DNA of 64,000 bases, taken from NCBI GenBank assembly GCA_043228905.1, contig JBHGNT010000022.1:10974001-11038000 (forward strand). The letters are read 5' to 3'. How positions within the stretch are numbered: position 1 is the first letter of the stretch; every line of letters starts with the position of its first letter. This document shows positions 63,602 to 64,000 of the stretch, one piece after another. Below the pieces are notes generated by a model, which worked only from the letters and a program-made list of their open reading frames with translations, was not told the origin of the DNA and did not search any database. A program made the position numbers and the translations under genes. The stretch is from Azolla caroliniana. Its lineage: Eukaryota; Plantae; Polypodiophyta.

Positions 63602-63688
63602 CAACGACCTACAATCTGTCATACGCAGGTACAGAAAAGAATCGATTGCTTCTTGACCTTCCGCATCGACACGGCCTTGTCTCCAACA
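58193..63688 (+). mobile_element. Intact young Ty1/Copia (LTRs 58193-58510 and 63389-63688, TSD GGGAC)
   Basis: LTRs appear to differ by one substitution and (CT)n length. PBS TGGTATCAGAGC at 58513; PPT CGGGGGAG; GGGAC on both flanks. Confidence 0.99.
59182..63195 (+). CDS. Copia gag-pol polyprotein, 1337 aa
   Basis: Uninterrupted ORF: CNYCKKPGHIKADC, WLLDSGAS, WHRRLGH/CEHC, HSDV/TDNGGE/AER, YVDD, YTDSD/EAEY/YSDSQ/ADGMTK. Confidence 0.98.
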   Translation: MASTSGSSEMSLRKFDGSNFNFWKEQMQDYLIVKGQIDPIENEEPPEGYKPIEWQKLDRIVRATIRMHLSESVYFTVQSCTTAFELWKTLSDTYEKKVAATKMFLIRRLYNLRMKESDSVQAHLNEYESISSQISSQGTAIEDELRAMILMSSLPSSWETFVTTVCNASTTAVKYSEVTSAILTEAARRKSFAKDSTDDAYVVQGSTDRSNIRGRDSSRPSNNHRRRSQSRDNRICNYCKKPGHIKADCRALKNKNNKKSGRHEEINYVSFSADVLPNDPNILSIENPVGSEVLLTTEESSTWLLDSGASFHVTPHRSQFRQYTIRHSDSVRVGNSQHCDIIGIGTVELNLAGGSTLVLHNVRHVPELSRPLISVGQLDEDGIRAGFSSGGWTLHRGNLLLARGPKIHSLYPLHVTLREGNLFLVDIPVSSLWHRRLGHLSKAGITHLSRAGYIPKLSFSDHQFCEHCQYGKQAAASHPTSAPRETRPLDLVHSDVCGPMPHQSLGGASYFVTFIDDSTRKVWAYPIRTKDRVFSIFTDWLAMVENQTDRKLKCFRTDNGGEFKSDEFVKFCRQRGIRREFTAPHSPEQNGIAERMNRTIQERTVSMLQHSGLSDGFWAEALLTAVHIINMSPSRPLGLQIPQELWIGSKPNYDKLRIFGCEAYALIPKDDRRKLAPRSRKCIFLGYGSDGEMGYRLWDPESRQIVRSSDVVFNESAMNPSVEKPIEVRRVTFSDVPTLQEGPALNTRSASRVAEPYTTDSDNSDSAQPNDSLSDHPTSIPDATSPILPRRSERLSQPPERYSPGIFFTDAGEPTSYEEASTSVDSATWHLAMESEMHSIRANKTWDLVELPRNRRALPYKWVYRLKETSDSTTPKYKARLVAKGFRQEYGVDFDEIFSPVVKMTTLRFLLGVVAADNLELIQLDVKTAFLHGDLDEEIYMEQPKGFVATGQEHLVCRLRKSLYGLKQAPRQWYKKFDDFIQSIGFSKSDEDHCLFTNTAQDGSPIFLIIYVDDMLISGRHAGDLADLIRQLRLKFSMKDLGPARHILGMKISRHRDKRHLFLSQTDYTRRVLERFNMQSAKSSSTPLPMNLRLSQRDCPTSGPEGEDMKSVPYAPAVGSLMYLMVATRPDISHAVGVVSRFMHNPGRSHWNAVKHVFRYLAGTKDHGILFGPKRTSGVVGYTDSDFAGCIDSRKSTTGYCFKFGNGAISWKSKLQECTATSTTEAEYVAASDAAKEALWLGRLAHTFRQVDHDSAPVVYSDSQGVVALSKNPVHHNASKHIDVRYHFVRDCVISGKIGLEKISTTDNVADGMTKCLSADRFRSLRHQMGVTTNQSG

Positions 63689-63798
63689 GGGACAAACGGG
63701 ACCGGACAGTTAGATCGGTCGGTTGATCGCGGTGCATGGTGTTTTGAAGATTTTCGGTGTAAATACAAGACCAAAAGCCTAGTAGTGTTTTGTGTTTT

Positions 63799-63872
63799 AA
63801 AAGGGATGTGAGCAAGGCTTGAACCTTGCACCTCCAAGATAGGAAGCAATATACTTACCACTAAGCCAAGTC
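63799..63872 (-). other. tRNA-derived Pol III cassette (SINE head or tRNA pseudogene)
   Basis: Revcomp TGGCTTAGTGG (A box)...GGTTCAAGCC (B box)...TTTT; no convincing cloverleaf. Confidence 0.55.
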
Positions 63873-64000
63873 ATTTCCTTAGTAGTTATACTTTCACATG
63901 TAAACTCTTATATATGAGAGCTTAGATGATGACATGGCAAGCATGTATTTCATGCATTACGTGCATGTCTTGCACCATCACATGCACCATATGCATGGGG

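Overview
Eukaryotic, plant-type heterochromatin (probably a non-seed land plant, inferred from Tcn1-like chromoviruses and RTEX-like LINEs). It is almost entirely nested transposable elements, and I see no conventional host gene. Contents: one young, fully intact Ty1/Copia (58193-63688, 1337-aa polyprotein, GGGAC TSD); two full-length but disabled Copia of a second family (5939-11310, 40191-45409); several Copia fragments and solo LTRs; a full-length decayed chromovirus (31327-36833, AACCC TSD); non-chromovirus Gypsy fragments; an L1-like LINE; and two RTEX-like LINEs. Four things stand out. (1) The right part of a large GGG-terminated DNA transposon (tentatively Sola2-like, ~23030-31288) carries a six-exon cargo pseudogene encoding a RING-H2 finger plus an FCP1/NIF-like HAD domain. 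One intron holds a 1.6-kb array of the palindrome TAGCTAATTAGCTA, and the same motif occurs next to the element's TIR and in a related 278-bp MITE. (2) Three chromovirus-type LTR families carry antisense tRNA-like (Pol III A/B box) sequence at the U3 end; two of them have Tf1-like self-priming PBSs. (3) A 1.8-kb chromovirus derivative has two inverted LTRs (both U5 ends outward) flanked by a perfect 5-bp TSD. (4) A non-autonomous LTR element contains a 48-bp tandem array. Coordinates were counted by hand, and family assignments come from motif recognition, not database searches.
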